From contig DASCPX010000016.1 of assembly GCA_036012755.1 (NCBI GenBank), forward strand, positions 64,001 to 128,000: a DNA stretch of 64,000 nt, given 5' to 3'. The stretch comes from Myxococcota bacterium (GTDB lineage: Bacteria; Myxococcota_A; UBA796; CAJQPC01). Within the stretch, counting starts at the first letter, position 1; each line of letters starts with the position of its first letter. Shown one piece after another: positions 50,237 to 59,985 of this stretch. The notes beneath the pieces are model-generated. The model had not been told where the DNA came from, ran no database searches, and saw only the letters and a list, made by a program, of their open reading frames with translations. The position numbers were made by a program, and so were the translations under genes.

Positions 50237-50445
50237 TTGAGATCCTCGGGGGCGCCGAAGATCGCAGGGAAGAGCTCCTGCAGCAGTCGATCGGGCACGT
50301 CCTTTTCCGGGATCAGGACCTCGTCGAGGGTTCCGGCGAGGTAGCGCTCGCGCAGGTCGTCGACGTAGGCGCTGCGATCGTCAGAAGCAGGAACGGCCGG
50401 GCGCTGGGAGGCGCTCGGTTCGATGAGACGGAGGTTGCGGTTCAT
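50233..50445 (-). CDS. Small protein, FlgM-like anti-sigma28 candidate
   Basis: DRSAYVDDLRERYLAGTL...DRLL resembles the FlgM C-terminal R..V..L+..I..G.Y; directly downstream of sigma28. Confidence 0.55.
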   Translation of the reverse strand: MNRNLRLIEPSASQRPAVPASDDRSAYVDDLRERYLAGTLDEVLIPEKDVPDRLLQELFPAIFGAPEDLN

Positions 50446-50495
50446 CAGGAGACCCTCGACACAGCCTCCGAGGGACCATCCTCGACCGCTGTTTC

Positions 50496-51230
50496 CTAAT
50501 GAACGGTCCGGGCCAGGCGGAACTTGAGTCTTTTGATCCCGGCGCTGCGAAGCTGGCAGGCGCGGGACTCGGTGACACCGAGGACCTGGCCGATCTCCTT
50601 GAGGGTCAACTCGTGGAGGTAGTAGAGCGCGACGGCTGTGCGCTCCTTCTTGGGGAGGTTGTGCACCGCCTGGATGACCTGGGCCTTGAGCTCGTCCTTG
50701 CTCCAGGTGCTGAGGAAGTCCTCGTCGTTGCTCTCGACCCGGTCGACCAGCGGGGTGTGGTTCTCGTCGTCGATCGGGGCGTCGAGGCTGACCAGCTTGC
50801 GGATGCGGGCGTCACCGGTGAGGTTCTCGTAGGCCTTCATGCTCAGCTCGAGTTCCTTCGCCATCTCCTCACGCGTCGGGGCCCGGTCCAGCGCCCGAAG
50901 GAGCTTGCCGCGCGCGGCCTCGATGCGGTTGACCTTGCGGCGGACGCTGCGCGGGACCCAGTCGGCCTCGCGGAGGGCGTCGACGATGGCGCCGCGGATG
51001 CGAATCTCGGCGTAGGCCTTGAAGGGCACGTTGCGGCTGGGGTCGAAGCGATCGACCGCGTCGATGAGACCGAGCGCGCCGACGTTGACCAGCTCGTCGA
51101 GGTCCACGCTGGCGGGGAAGCGACGGATCATGCGGGAAGCGATGGTCCGAACCAGCGGGTAGTGCGCGAGGATGAGCTCTTCGCGGTTTGTCGAGGAAGT
51201 CGGGGTCGAAAGCGCGGTGGCTGCGGGCAT
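50496..51230 (-). CDS. RNA polymerase sigma factor, FliA/WhiG (sigma28) family
   Basis: GLIDAVDRFDPSR, YAEIRIRGAIVDALR.ADWVPRSVR, LTLKEIG.VLGVTESR. Confidence 0.95.
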   Translation of the reverse strand: MPAATALSTPTSSTNREELILAHYPLVRTIASRMIRRFPASVDLDELVNVGALGLIDAVDRFDPSRNVPFKAYAEIRIRGAIVDALREADWVPRSVRRKVNRIEAARGKLLRALDRAPTREEMAKELELSMKAYENLTGDARIRKLVSLDAPIDDENHTPLVDRVESNDEDFLSTWSKDELKAQVIQAVHNLPKKERTAVALYYLHELTLKEIGQVLGVTESRACQLRSAGIKRLKFRLARTVH

Positions 51231-51264
51231 GGTCTCTCCGAACCGGGGTCTCGCCGGAGGACAA

Positions 51265-51280
51265 AGCAAGGCCTGTGCCA
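51265..51280 (-). promoter_or_regulatory. Sigma54 (-24/-12) promoter of the sigma28 gene
   Basis: Minus strand TGGCAC-AGGCC-TTGCT, exact consensus, 35 nt above ATG51230. Confidence 0.8.
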
Positions 51281-51433
51281 GATCGTTCACAACGGAATTT
51301 CAGCTACTTGAGCCGGAATACCAGGGGATACGATTCTATACAGTGAATAGGAATGCACCCCCCTGATGCGGATCCCAGGCCTATCCACCCCCCTTCGTTC
51401 CAGGGATCGGAATCTCGGCGGTGAAGCGTTAGG

Positions 51434-53833
51434 GTGCGCCCCGTGAGTGGCAGCCCCCGGACCGTCTTCGGCCACCTCGCGGCCTTCGTGCTGCGGCACA
51501 ACCGAGCCGTGGCGATCGTCGTGGCGCTGCTCACCATCGCGAGCCTCGGCGTCGCCAGCACGCTCGAGGTCGACTCGAACCTGCTGTCGCTGATGCCGGA
51601 CGACGAGCCAGCGATCGCGGCGCTGCAAGAGCTCGAGGAGAAGGAGGGCGGCGTCAACCTGGTGAGCGTGGCCGTCACCGGGGAGCCAGAGGACACCGGT
51701 CCCTTCATGGCCGAGCTGGCGCAGACGCTCTCCGGGAGCGAGCTCGTCGACTACGCGCTCTACGACGTGGACGACGAGCTGGCCTGGCGCCTCGGCGTCA
51801 TCAACATGGAGATCGGGGCCCTCGAGGAGATCCGCGACCGCCTCAAGGGCGCCCTCGCGCTCGGCCCGGCCATCCAGAACCCCTTCATCGCGGGCCGGCT
51901 GTTGGACCTCGGCCCCCTCACCGAGCAGCTGAGCCAGGCGGACGCCCGCCGTGGAGTGATGTCCGCTGGCGCGGCGGGGGACGATGGACCAGCGGACATC
52001 GAGCGGCTCATCATCCGGCCGGCCGGTGCGGCTCGAGACCTCCCCTTCGCGCGCGCGCTGATGGCGGAGATCTACGGGACCATCGAGGCCATGGACCCAG
52101 AGGCTCGCGGCGTCGTCGTCGAGTGGGTCGGCGGCGCCTACCGCTCGAACGTCGAGGACTACGAAGGCATCCGAGCGGACATGCGGTGGACCGCCGCGGC
52201 CGCCTTCCTGCTCGTGCTGACGCTGCTGGCCTTCGCCCTGCGCGACGTGCGCGCGCTCTTCCTGCTGTTCCTCCCGCTGCTCGTGGGCACCGCCTGGTCC
52301 TTCGGCTTCGCTGGCCTGACCCTCGGGGTCCTCAACACCTTCACGGCGGTCTTCGGCGCCGTCCTCGTTGGCATGGGCATCGACTTCGCGATCCACCTCT
52401 ATACGCGCTACCGCGAGGAGCGGATGTCGGCTCCGGACCTGGAGGCGGCGCTGATCCGGGCTTGGGACGCGGCCGGCCCCCCCTGCACGGCGGCAGCGGT
52501 GACCTCTGCGGGTGGCTTCTGCGCGCTCTTGTTCGCCGACTTCCAGGGCTTCTCCCAGATGGGGCTCTTGTTGGCCTTCGGCGTCATGGCCTGTCTGGTG
52601 TCCGTGCTCGTCTTGATGCCGATCCTCGTGAAGTGGCGGGAAAAGGACTTCCGGCCCTGGCACCGCCGCGAGCTGCAGCTGCGCACGAAGCGGCCACCGA
52701 CCTATCGCCTGGCGCCGGTCGCCTTCCTGCTCTTGAGCCTCGTGACGGTGGTCGCGGTGTTCCTGCTCGGTCGGATCCAGTTCGAGTACGACCTGTCCGA
52801 GCTGCGCCGAGACGGCAGCTCCTATGCCGAGCTCACCGAGCTGGAGCGTGAGCTGACCCGCCTGTCGCTGGCCCCCACCGTCGCCAGCTACCCCGACGCC
52901 GACAGCCTCCTGCAGGCCCACGTCGCGATCGGCGAGTCCATCGATGACGGCTCCCTGTTGACCGTCGACCGCCGCGTCTCCCTCCACTCGGTCATCCCCA
53001 GCGATCAGGACGTCAAGCTCGGCGTCGTCGCTGAGATCAAGGAGTTCAGCGGGCACGAGAACTACGAGCTGTTGCCCGAGTCGATCCGGAACAACCTCGG
53101 GGTGCTCCAGACCGTGCCGCTGCAACCCGTGACCACCGCCGACCTCCCGCGAGGCCTGCAGCACGTCACCGGCGCCTCCTCTGGCGAGCACCGCCTGCTG
53201 CTCTTCCCCGGGGGCAACGTCTACGACCTCCGCTTCGTCGAGCAGATGAAGGCCGAGCTCGAAGCCCTGATGCCGAATGTGTCCCTGGCGGGCGAGTTCC
53301 TCGGGCTCGGCGCCCTGGCCTCCGTCATCAAGCGAGACGCGCCCATCGTGGGCATCGGAGCGCTGGTGCTGGTGATGATCGGCACCCTCCTGGATCTCCG
53401 CAAGCCCTCGCGTGCCTTCGGTGCCATGGCGCTGCTCCTCGCCGGGATGGTCTGGGCCGGCGCCGCCGTGGGCCTCGCGCGCGTGAAGCTGTCCATAGTG
53501 AACATCGTGGGCATTCCCATCCTCCTCGGCATCGGCGTGGACGTGGTCATCCACCTCTTGCATCGCCTCGAGGAGGAGGGCCCCGGTCGCGTGCTGAAGG
53601 CCCTGTCGACGACCGGATGGGCCTCTGGCCTGTCCGCGGCCACCACCGTCCTGTCCTTCGCCTCGCTCGCCCTGGCTACCAACCGCGGCATCCAGAGCCT
53701 CGGCATGCTCGTCCTGGTCGGCCTCACCACGGTCACCATCGCGGCATTCCTCTTCGTGCCCACCGGCTGGATGACCGTGTGGAAGATCGCTGGCGACGCC
53801 CCCGCTGATCCACCTCGCGACAGAGAGCGGTAG
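51434..53833 (+). CDS. MMPL/RND family lipid transporter (HpnN-like)
   Basis: Two RND halves: GMGIDFAIHL..RY.EE and GIGVDVVIHL. Confidence 0.88.
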   Translation: MRPVSGSPRTVFGHLAAFVLRHNRAVAIVVALLTIASLGVASTLEVDSNLLSLMPDDEPAIAALQELEEKEGGVNLVSVAVTGEPEDTGPFMAELAQTLSGSELVDYALYDVDDELAWRLGVINMEIGALEEIRDRLKGALALGPAIQNPFIAGRLLDLGPLTEQLSQADARRGVMSAGAAGDDGPADIERLIIRPAGAARDLPFARALMAEIYGTIEAMDPEARGVVVEWVGGAYRSNVEDYEGIRADMRWTAAAAFLLVLTLLAFALRDVRALFLLFLPLLVGTAWSFGFAGLTLGVLNTFTAVFGAVLVGMGIDFAIHLYTRYREERMSAPDLEAALIRAWDAAGPPCTAAAVTSAGGFCALLFADFQGFSQMGLLLAFGVMACLVSVLVLMPILVKWREKDFRPWHRRELQLRTKRPPTYRLAPVAFLLLSLVTVVAVFLLGRIQFEYDLSELRRDGSSYAELTELERELTRLSLAPTVASYPDADSLLQAHVAIGESIDDGSLLTVDRRVSLHSVIPSDQDVKLGVVAEIKEFSGHENYELLPESIRNNLGVLQTVPLQPVTTADLPRGLQHVTGASSGEHRLLLFPGGNVYDLRFVEQMKAELEALMPNVSLAGEFLGLGALASVIKRDAPIVGIGALVLVMIGTLLDLRKPSRAFGAMALLLAGMVWAGAAVGLARVKLSIVNIVGIPILLGIGVDVVIHLLHRLEEEGPGRVLKALSTTGWASGLSAATTVLSFASLALATNRGIQSLGMLVLVGLTTVTIAAFLFVPTGWMTVWKIAGDAPADPPRDRER

Positions 53834-53842
53834 GCTCGATTC

Positions 53843-54589
53843 GTGATTCGGGCCGATCCCCGCAACCTCCGCGCGCAGGAGCTCTTGAAGAGCCTCGACG
53901 GGCGCTTGCCGCCGCTACCAGAGGACCTCGTCCTCGTCCTGGGCGGCGACGGCCACATGCTCGCGGTCATCCACGCCCTCGGTGTAGGCAAGACCTACCT
54001 CGGCTTGAACTGCGGGCGGATCGGCTTCCTGCTCAACGACCCCCCGGAGCTCGAGGTGCTGCTCGAGGTGCTCGGCCAGCGCCGGTGGATGACCCGCGAG
54101 GTCTCCCGGCTCAAGCTCGAGGGACACACGGTCGAGGGGAAGAAGGTCTTCGACCGGGCGCTGAACGACATCTACCTCGAGCGCATGACAGGCCAGACGG
54201 CCCACCTCGAGCTCAGCGTCGACGGCAAGCTCCTCGTCAAGCGCATGGTCTGTGACGGCGTCATCGTCTCCACGGCCCTGGGCTCGACCGCCTACGCGCT
54301 GGCCGCGGGCGGCGCCGCGTGCCACTTCGGCCTGCGATGCATCCAGCTCACCCCCATCGCCCCGCACAAGCCTCGCCTGCCCAGCATCGTGCTGCCGGAC
54401 GACGCCGTCATCGAGGTGGGCGTCCGCTACCCGGACCTGCGGCCGGTCCGTGCGGTCAGCGACGGTCGCGATCACAACGACATCAGCTCGGTGCGCATCT
54501 CGAAGACCCGCGGCCGCGTGCGCCTGGCCTTTCTCGAGGGGCACCACCCGACCACGGCGCTCGTGCGGAAGCTGGTGGAGGTAGGCTGA
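53843..54589 (+). CDS. nadK: NAD kinase
   Basis: LGGDG, G.N.GRIGFL, ALND, DGVIVST..GSTAYALAAGG. Confidence 0.9.
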   Translation: MIRADPRNLRAQELLKSLDGRLPPLPEDLVLVLGGDGHMLAVIHALGVGKTYLGLNCGRIGFLLNDPPELEVLLEVLGQRRWMTREVSRLKLEGHTVEGKKVFDRALNDIYLERMTGQTAHLELSVDGKLLVKRMVCDGVIVSTALGSTAYALAAGGAACHFGLRCIQLTPIAPHKPRLPSIVLPDDAVIEVGVRYPDLRPVRAVSDGRDHNDISSVRISKTRGRVRLAFLEGHHPTTALVRKLVEVG

Positions 54590-54593
54590 GCAG

Positions 54594-55223
54594 ATGAGAC
54601 TCCGCGCCACGCTGTTGTTGTTCGCTGCGCTCTGTATCGGCTGCTCGATCTTCTAGGGCACCCCGGACTCCGGCTTCGTGGAGTCGGTCCCCGACTCGGG
54701 CGACAGCAGCACCGGCGACCTCTTCGTGCACTGCGGCTCCCTCACGATCGAGCCTGGCGCCGTGGTCCGTGTGGAGGAGGGCGCCGGCTTCGTCATCGGG
54801 GCCGACGACTACGAGGCCAGCCTGCTGGCCGAGGGCACAGTGGACAGCCCGATCCGCTTCCACAACGGCAAGACGCTGTCCTTCGGCAAGAACGGCGCCG
54901 CCGGCCTCGTCGCCCAGGGCACGGAGGCCGCGCCGATCACCTTCACCTCCCAGGAGTCGAACGCCGCGGGCGCCTGGGACGGCGTCATCTTCTACGGCAA
55001 CGTCGAGGACGAGCAGGTCATCCTCGAGCACGTGGTCGTCGAGAACGGAGGCGCTGGCGCCCTGGACGGAGCCCTGCACTTCAAGGACGCCGGAGGCTCG
55101 CTCGACAACGTCGAGATCACCAACTCGGAGACCTGGGGTCTCTACATCGAGGGGGACAGCAGCCCCACGCTGGGTGAGATCACCGGCGAGGGCAACGCCG
55201 AGGGGCTGATCTACCAGGAGTAG
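54594..55223 (+). pseudogene. Beta-helix-like lipoprotein interrupted by an in-frame TAG
   Basis: MRLRATLLLFAALCIGCSIF*GTPDSG...; TAG at 54654-54656 in frame with TIEPG...AEGT..SPI.F / AQGTEAAPITFTS. Confidence 0.7.
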
Positions 55224-55236
55224 GTAGACTCCCCGC

Positions 55237-56085
55237 GTGAAGCTGCTCCGCGCGCACGGGCTAGGCAACGACTACCTGGTCCTCTGGTCCGAGGGCCCGG
55301 TCGAGGCCCCCTCGCGCGAGTTCGTCCGTGCCCTGTGCGACCGCCACACCGGTGTCGGCTCCGACGGGCTGGTGGTGCAAGCCGAGCGCGGAGGAGGCGA
55401 CTACGGGCTCCGCATCTTCAACCCCGACGGCAGCGAGGCCGAGAAGTCCGGAAACGGCATCCGCATCTTCGCCCGCTACCTGCACGTCCACCACGGCGCC
55501 CCGCCCGCCTTCACGCTGTCGACCCTCGGCGGTCTCGTGCCATGCCACGTCAGCGGCGACGATGTCACGGCGGACATGGGCACCGCCTCGTTTCGGCCGG
55601 CGGACATCCCCTGCCTCCTGGAGGTCGACGAGGCCATCGAGCAGCCCCTGGCCAGCGCCGGAGAGAACTTCGTCTTCACGGGGGTCGGGATCGGAAACCC
55701 ACACTGCGTCATCTTCCGCGAAGAGGCGCTGCTCGACGCCACCCGCTGGCGACGCTGGGGGCCGCTCTTGGAGGCCCACCCGCTGTTTCCGAACCGCACC
55801 AACGTCCAGTTCGCGAGGGTCCGCGGTCCCCGAAAGGTCGAGATCCGGATCTGGGAGCGAGGCGCTGGGGCGACCTCTGCCAGCGGCTCCTCCAGCTGTG
55901 CGGTGGCGGCTGCCGCCGTGCGGACCGGGCGCTGCGAGCCTGGCTTCGTCGCCGTCCACATGCCCGGAGGCGTCCTCGACGTCATCGTCGGCGAGGACCT
56001 CAGCCTGCGCCTGCGGGGACCGGTAGAGGAGATAGGCCTCTTCGAGCTGTCCGAGGCCTGGCTCTCCGCTCGTCAGGGCACGTAG
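55237..56085 (+). CDS. dapF: Diaminopimelate epimerase family protein (Ser/Ser active site)
   Basis: HGLGNDY, GVGSDG, NPDGS.AE.SGNG, GNPHC, FPNRTNVQF, WERGAG.T.ASG, MPGG. Confidence 0.88.
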   Translation: MKLLRAHGLGNDYLVLWSEGPVEAPSREFVRALCDRHTGVGSDGLVVQAERGGGDYGLRIFNPDGSEAEKSGNGIRIFARYLHVHHGAPPAFTLSTLGGLVPCHVSGDDVTADMGTASFRPADIPCLLEVDEAIEQPLASAGENFVFTGVGIGNPHCVIFREEALLDATRWRRWGPLLEAHPLFPNRTNVQFARVRGPRKVEIRIWERGAGATSASGSSSCAVAAAAVRTGRCEPGFVAVHMPGGVLDVIVGEDLSLRLRGPVEEIGLFELSEAWLSARQGT

Positions 56086-56546
56086 GTCAGGGGCCCGATC
56101 CGCTGCAGGAGGAAGTAGCTCGGGGTGGGCACACCGAAGAGGTCCGATCGGCCGAGGAGCCAGGTGAGCCCTCGCTCCTCCAAGGCCACCAGCGGATCGA
56201 CCATCGCGCCGTAGACGAGCTCCAGGCGGCCCTGTCCCTCGCGCACCCTGTAGTGGCCGAAGGTCAGGGGGAGCTCGCGCTTCATGATCGGCCGGACCTC
56301 GCCACGGAGCCCTGTCTGCTCCAGGCGCACGTTCCAGCCACGCAGCTCGGCTCCGTCGCGATGGAAGGTCTTCTCGAAGGTCTTCCAGAACAGGCGGTCG
56401 AAGAGCGCGGGCAGGCCCAGGGAGATGCCCCGATAGCGGCTGTCGTCCAGCTCACACGGGTCGATGGCGTGGCCCCCATCGAGCGCCTCGCGGAGCTCGC
56501 GGCCGCCCATGGCCAGGAAGCTCTCGATCACGGTGGGTGTCAGCAT
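56073..56546 (-). CDS. Hypothetical protein
   Basis: 157 aa ORF, YRGISLGLP, WKTFEKTF, GWNVRLEQ. Confidence 0.6.
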   Translation of the reverse strand: MLTPTVIESFLAMGGRELREALDGGHAIDPCELDDSRYRGISLGLPALFDRLFWKTFEKTFHRDGAELRGWNVRLEQTGLRGEVRPIMKRELPLTFGHYRVREGQGRLELVYGAMVDPLVALEERGLTWLLGRSDLFGVPTPSYFLLQRIGPLTYVP

Positions 56547-56559
56547 TGGTAAGACCAAT
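56545..56559. promoter_or_regulatory. FadR-subfamily GntR (PdhR/LldR-type) operator
   Basis: Perfect palindrome ATTGGT-AAG-ACCAAT in the divergent promoter region. Confidence 0.65.
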
Positions 56560-56659
56560 AGGCTGATTGCGCGCGAGGAGCAAGCGGGTGAGTTGACGGC
56601 GTGCCCCGGGCTCGCAAGGATCCCGCCACCAATCGCCTAGGCCCCTGGAGGCTGCCCCC

Positions 56660-58066
56660 ATGCGGCTCATGCTCGTGCGCGCGCCCGCCAAGCACACAGT
56701 CGAGAGCGAGGTCCCGGACGCGGTCTCGGCCGAGAACCAGAGCTACCCGCCCCTGGCGCTGTTGTCCCTGGCGACGCACATCGCCCACAACACTGCTCAC
56801 GAGGTCTGCATCCTCGACGCCCAGCTGGAGAACCTCGACTACGAAGAGGTGCAGGCGCGCATGGCCGAGTGGAAGCCCGACGTCGTCGGGGTCACGGTCT
56901 ACACGGTCGGTCTCGTCGACTGTCATCGCACGGTCGAGGTCGCCCGCAGGGTCTCCAGCGTGAAGCACGTCGTGCTCGGCGGTCCACACATCAACGACTT
57001 CCCGATGGAGTCGGTCGGCCTCGCCGGCGTGGACGCGGTCGTCAAGGGAGAGGGACAGCGACCGCTGGAGCTGTTGCTCGACTGCTGGGCCAGCGGCGGG
57101 ATCGCGAAGGGCATCCCCGGCGTGGTCGCCCATCCAGAGGACGAGGTGCCGGAGTCGGACACCTACTTCTCGAACGACCTGGACGACTACCCGGTCCTCG
57201 ACCTCGAGCTCATCGAGTTCGAGAAGTACTACGACGTCATGGGTCAGGGCGGCGTGTTCACGACGCTGATCACCTCTCGCGGATGCCCCTACCGCTGCAC
57301 CTTCTGCAACACCCCGAGGCATCGCTACCGCGTGATGACCCCCGGGCGGGTCTGCGACGAGCTCGAGAGCGCGCTGGCGAAGGGCATCTCAGAGGTCTAC
57401 TTCGTCGACGACACCTTCAACATCACGAACAAGCGGGTCTCGGAGCTCTGCGACGAGATCATCCGCCGGGGGCTCGACTTCGTCTGGACGGTGCGCTTCC
57501 GCGTGAAGGGCATGAACCGCGAGCTGCTCACCAAGATGAAGGCAGCGGGCTGCCAGCGCATCCAGTTCGGCGTCGAGCAGGGCACAGAGGAGGGGCTGTT
57601 GGTCCTGCGAAAGGACGTCACGGTCGCCGAGATCCACAACGCCTTCTCGCTGTGTCGCGAGGTCGGCATCAACACCGTCGCCTACTTCATGATCGGCACC
57701 CCCGTCGAGCGCCGGCGCGAAGACGTGATGCAGACAATCCAGTACGCGATCGACCTCGACCCCGACTTCGTGATGTTCAACATCCTCACGCCCTTTCCGG
57801 GCACGCGGATCTTCGACCAGGGCATGGAGTCCGGGGTGCTGGACATCGAGCCCTGGAAGTCCTTCATGGCCAACCCGGACGAGGGCTTCAAGGCCCAGGT
57901 CTGGGAGGAGCACTTCACCGGGGCCGAGCTCCGCGAGATGCTCGACACCGCCTACAAGCGCTTCTACTGGCGGCCCAAGTTCGTGGTGCGCAACCTCACG
58001 CAGATCAGGAACCCGCTCGACTTCATGCGCAAGGCCAAGGCGGGGGTCCGGCTGCTGACCGGTTGA
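56660..58066 (+). CDS. Cobalamin-binding radical SAM protein
   Basis: PPLALL, VVLGGPH, GEG (B12 domain); SRGCPYRCTFC; FVDDTF; GGAGG SD. Confidence 0.92.
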   Translation: MRLMLVRAPAKHTVESEVPDAVSAENQSYPPLALLSLATHIAHNTAHEVCILDAQLENLDYEEVQARMAEWKPDVVGVTVYTVGLVDCHRTVEVARRVSSVKHVVLGGPHINDFPMESVGLAGVDAVVKGEGQRPLELLLDCWASGGIAKGIPGVVAHPEDEVPESDTYFSNDLDDYPVLDLELIEFEKYYDVMGQGGVFTTLITSRGCPYRCTFCNTPRHRYRVMTPGRVCDELESALAKGISEVYFVDDTFNITNKRVSELCDEIIRRGLDFVWTVRFRVKGMNRELLTKMKAAGCQRIQFGVEQGTEEGLLVLRKDVTVAEIHNAFSLCREVGINTVAYFMIGTPVERRREDVMQTIQYAIDLDPDFVMFNILTPFPGTRIFDQGMESGVLDIEPWKSFMANPDEGFKAQVWEEHFTGAELREMLDTAYKRFYWRPKFVVRNLTQIRNPLDFMRKAKAGVRLLTG

Positions 58067-58088
58067 GACCGCGGAGTAGGCTCCGGGG

Positions 58089-59861
58089 GTGAAGCGCATC
58101 CTCCTCGCGACCGCGGCCTTCGTCAGCCTCCTGCCTTGCCTGCAGCCTTCGGTGGCGGTCTACGTCGACAACGCGCCGCATCTCGTCGAGGTCGCGGCGA
58201 TGGCGGACGCCTGGCCGGCTGTGGTGTCGTGGACCGATCGGGCCAACTCGGGCATGGTCGTCGGCCAGCTCAACGCTCCGCTGGCCTGGTGGCCGCTGGC
58301 GGGTGCGGTCCGGGCGGGCCTCCCGCTGGTGCCCCTGTACGTGGCCTGCGTCTTTCTCTCCAACCTGGTCTTCGCCTTCGGGGCCTACAGGTTGGGGAGG
58401 CGCCTCGTCGGCGAGGACGCTGGCTGGCTCGCCGCGGTGCTGCTGACGACCAGCGCCTTCGACCTCTACGGCATCGCAGGGGCCGCCGGGGGCATGTGGC
58501 CTTTCCGCCTGTCATGCGGGCTGTTGATGTACGGCATCGGCGCCCGCTGGCGCTCCGGGCTGTGGCTCGCGGCGGTGATGCTGCTCCACACCTTCACGGC
58601 GGTCGCGGCGGTGCTGGTGACCCTGGTCCTGGCGGCGCGAGAACCCAGGCGCCTGCTGCACCTCGGGCTGGCGCTGCTGCTCTCGGCCCTGTGGTGGGGA
58701 CCGCTGTTGGATCCCTCCCTGCGCGGGTTTTCGGGCTTCTGGGAGATGGGCCCGCTGGACACGCTGTTGGTCATGTTCTTCCCCGCCGAGGTGTTGCCCT
58801 GGCGGCTCCTCGGCGAGGTCTCTCCGGTGGGCGGTGCTCCCGGCCTGGCCTTCCTCGTCGTGGCCGGGCTCGGTGCCGCCATGGCCCTGTTCCGTCGGCG
58901 CCTGGAGGACCGCGTCCTGGCCCTGCAACTCGGGGGGGTCGTCGCGGTGTTCGTGGTCGGTGGGGCCGTGCTCTACCCGCTCTTCGAGTTTTCGCTGTTG
59001 GGCCCGAACCCCTGGCGCCACTACCTCTGGGTGCGCGTGGCCCTGGCGCTGGCGGCGGGGGTGGGGCTCTCGGTCCTTCCCCTGCGGGCTCAGGGTCTGC
59101 TCGTGGTCGGGCTGGCCATCCTCGCGGCCTGGGCTGGGGGCCGCGAGCTCCAGATGAGCCCGGGGCTGCTCGACGACCTGGAGGCGACCTGGGAGCTGGC
59201 GCCAGATGGTCGCGTCTACCACGAAGACAGCCTCTTCAAGCCCGGCGCCCCCACGGACCTGACCCGAGGACACGCCGGGGCCCTGCTCGGCACCACGCGC
59301 GAGGTCCTCGGCAGCTGGTACACCGTGTCTTCGGTCCCGACGGTCGGTCCCAGCGCCAGCGAGGCCGGCGCCATCTTGGGCCAGGTCGCCCAACAGCTCG
59401 ATCTGCAGCAGCTCCACCGCAGCCTGCGCACCTACGGGGCGAGCTCGCTGATCTCTGTCTCGGGGTTGCAGCTCTCTGAAGGCGGCTACTTCGAGGACCT
59501 CGGCGGCCACGGCCCCTTCCGCGCCTGGCGGGTGGTCGGCGAGGACCAGCCGATCCTCGGCAGTCGAGACGGGGAGGTCAGCCTGGTCTCGACCCGGCCC
59601 ACCGAGGTCGTGGCGCGGGTACCGGAGGGTCCCTTCCGCCTGCGCAAGAGCTGGCATCCCTGGTGGAGCGCCACCCTGGACGGGGAGCCCGTCGAGCTGA
59701 AAGCTGGCCTCTCGGGTCTCGTCGAGGCCACCGCGCCGAGGGCCGGACAGCTCGTGATCTCCTGGTCGAACTCGGGCGCTGTCTGGGCCTGGGTGAGCCT
59801 CCTGGGGCTGGTCCTGGCGGGAGCCCTGGAGTGGCCTCGTCGGCGCAGCAGTCCGTCCTGA
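58089..59861 (+). CDS. Polytopic membrane protein, GT-C/YfhO-like
   Basis: DNAPH in the first loop, many TM helices, C-terminal SWHPWWSATLDG typical of YfhO-like tails. Confidence 0.65.
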   Translation: MKRILLATAAFVSLLPCLQPSVAVYVDNAPHLVEVAAMADAWPAVVSWTDRANSGMVVGQLNAPLAWWPLAGAVRAGLPLVPLYVACVFLSNLVFAFGAYRLGRRLVGEDAGWLAAVLLTTSAFDLYGIAGAAGGMWPFRLSCGLLMYGIGARWRSGLWLAAVMLLHTFTAVAAVLVTLVLAAREPRRLLHLGLALLLSALWWGPLLDPSLRGFSGFWEMGPLDTLLVMFFPAEVLPWRLLGEVSPVGGAPGLAFLVVAGLGAAMALFRRRLEDRVLALQLGGVVAVFVVGGAVLYPLFEFSLLGPNPWRHYLWVRVALALAAGVGLSVLPLRAQGLLVVGLAILAAWAGGRELQMSPGLLDDLEATWELAPDGRVYHEDSLFKPGAPTDLTRGHAGALLGTTREVLGSWYTVSSVPTVGPSASEAGAILGQVAQQLDLQQLHRSLRTYGASSLISVSGLQLSEGGYFEDLGGHGPFRAWRVVGEDQPILGSRDGEVSLVSTRPTEVVARVPEGPFRLRKSWHPWWSATLDGEPVELKAGLSGLVEATAPRAGQLVISWSNSGAVWAWVSLLGLVLAGALEWPRRRSSPS

Positions 59862-59985
59862 CGTGGGCATGACATGTTCGCCTGGCCTGCGTCGCAAGCG
59901 ATCGGAATCGCGCACGTTCTGCGCTCCGCCGTCTTAGATACCCTTGGATGCCTCCGCTGGGGGTTCTCTGCCTGGGAGCTGGAAG

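Noticed and set aside
50446..50530. Sigma28 promoter for the FlgM-like gene
   Set aside because: Only a weak TCAAG...ACCGTTCA resemblance; not supportable
59862..59985. Cobalamin riboswitch upstream of the B12-rSAM
   Set aside because: No B12-box or conserved GGGAA elements recognised
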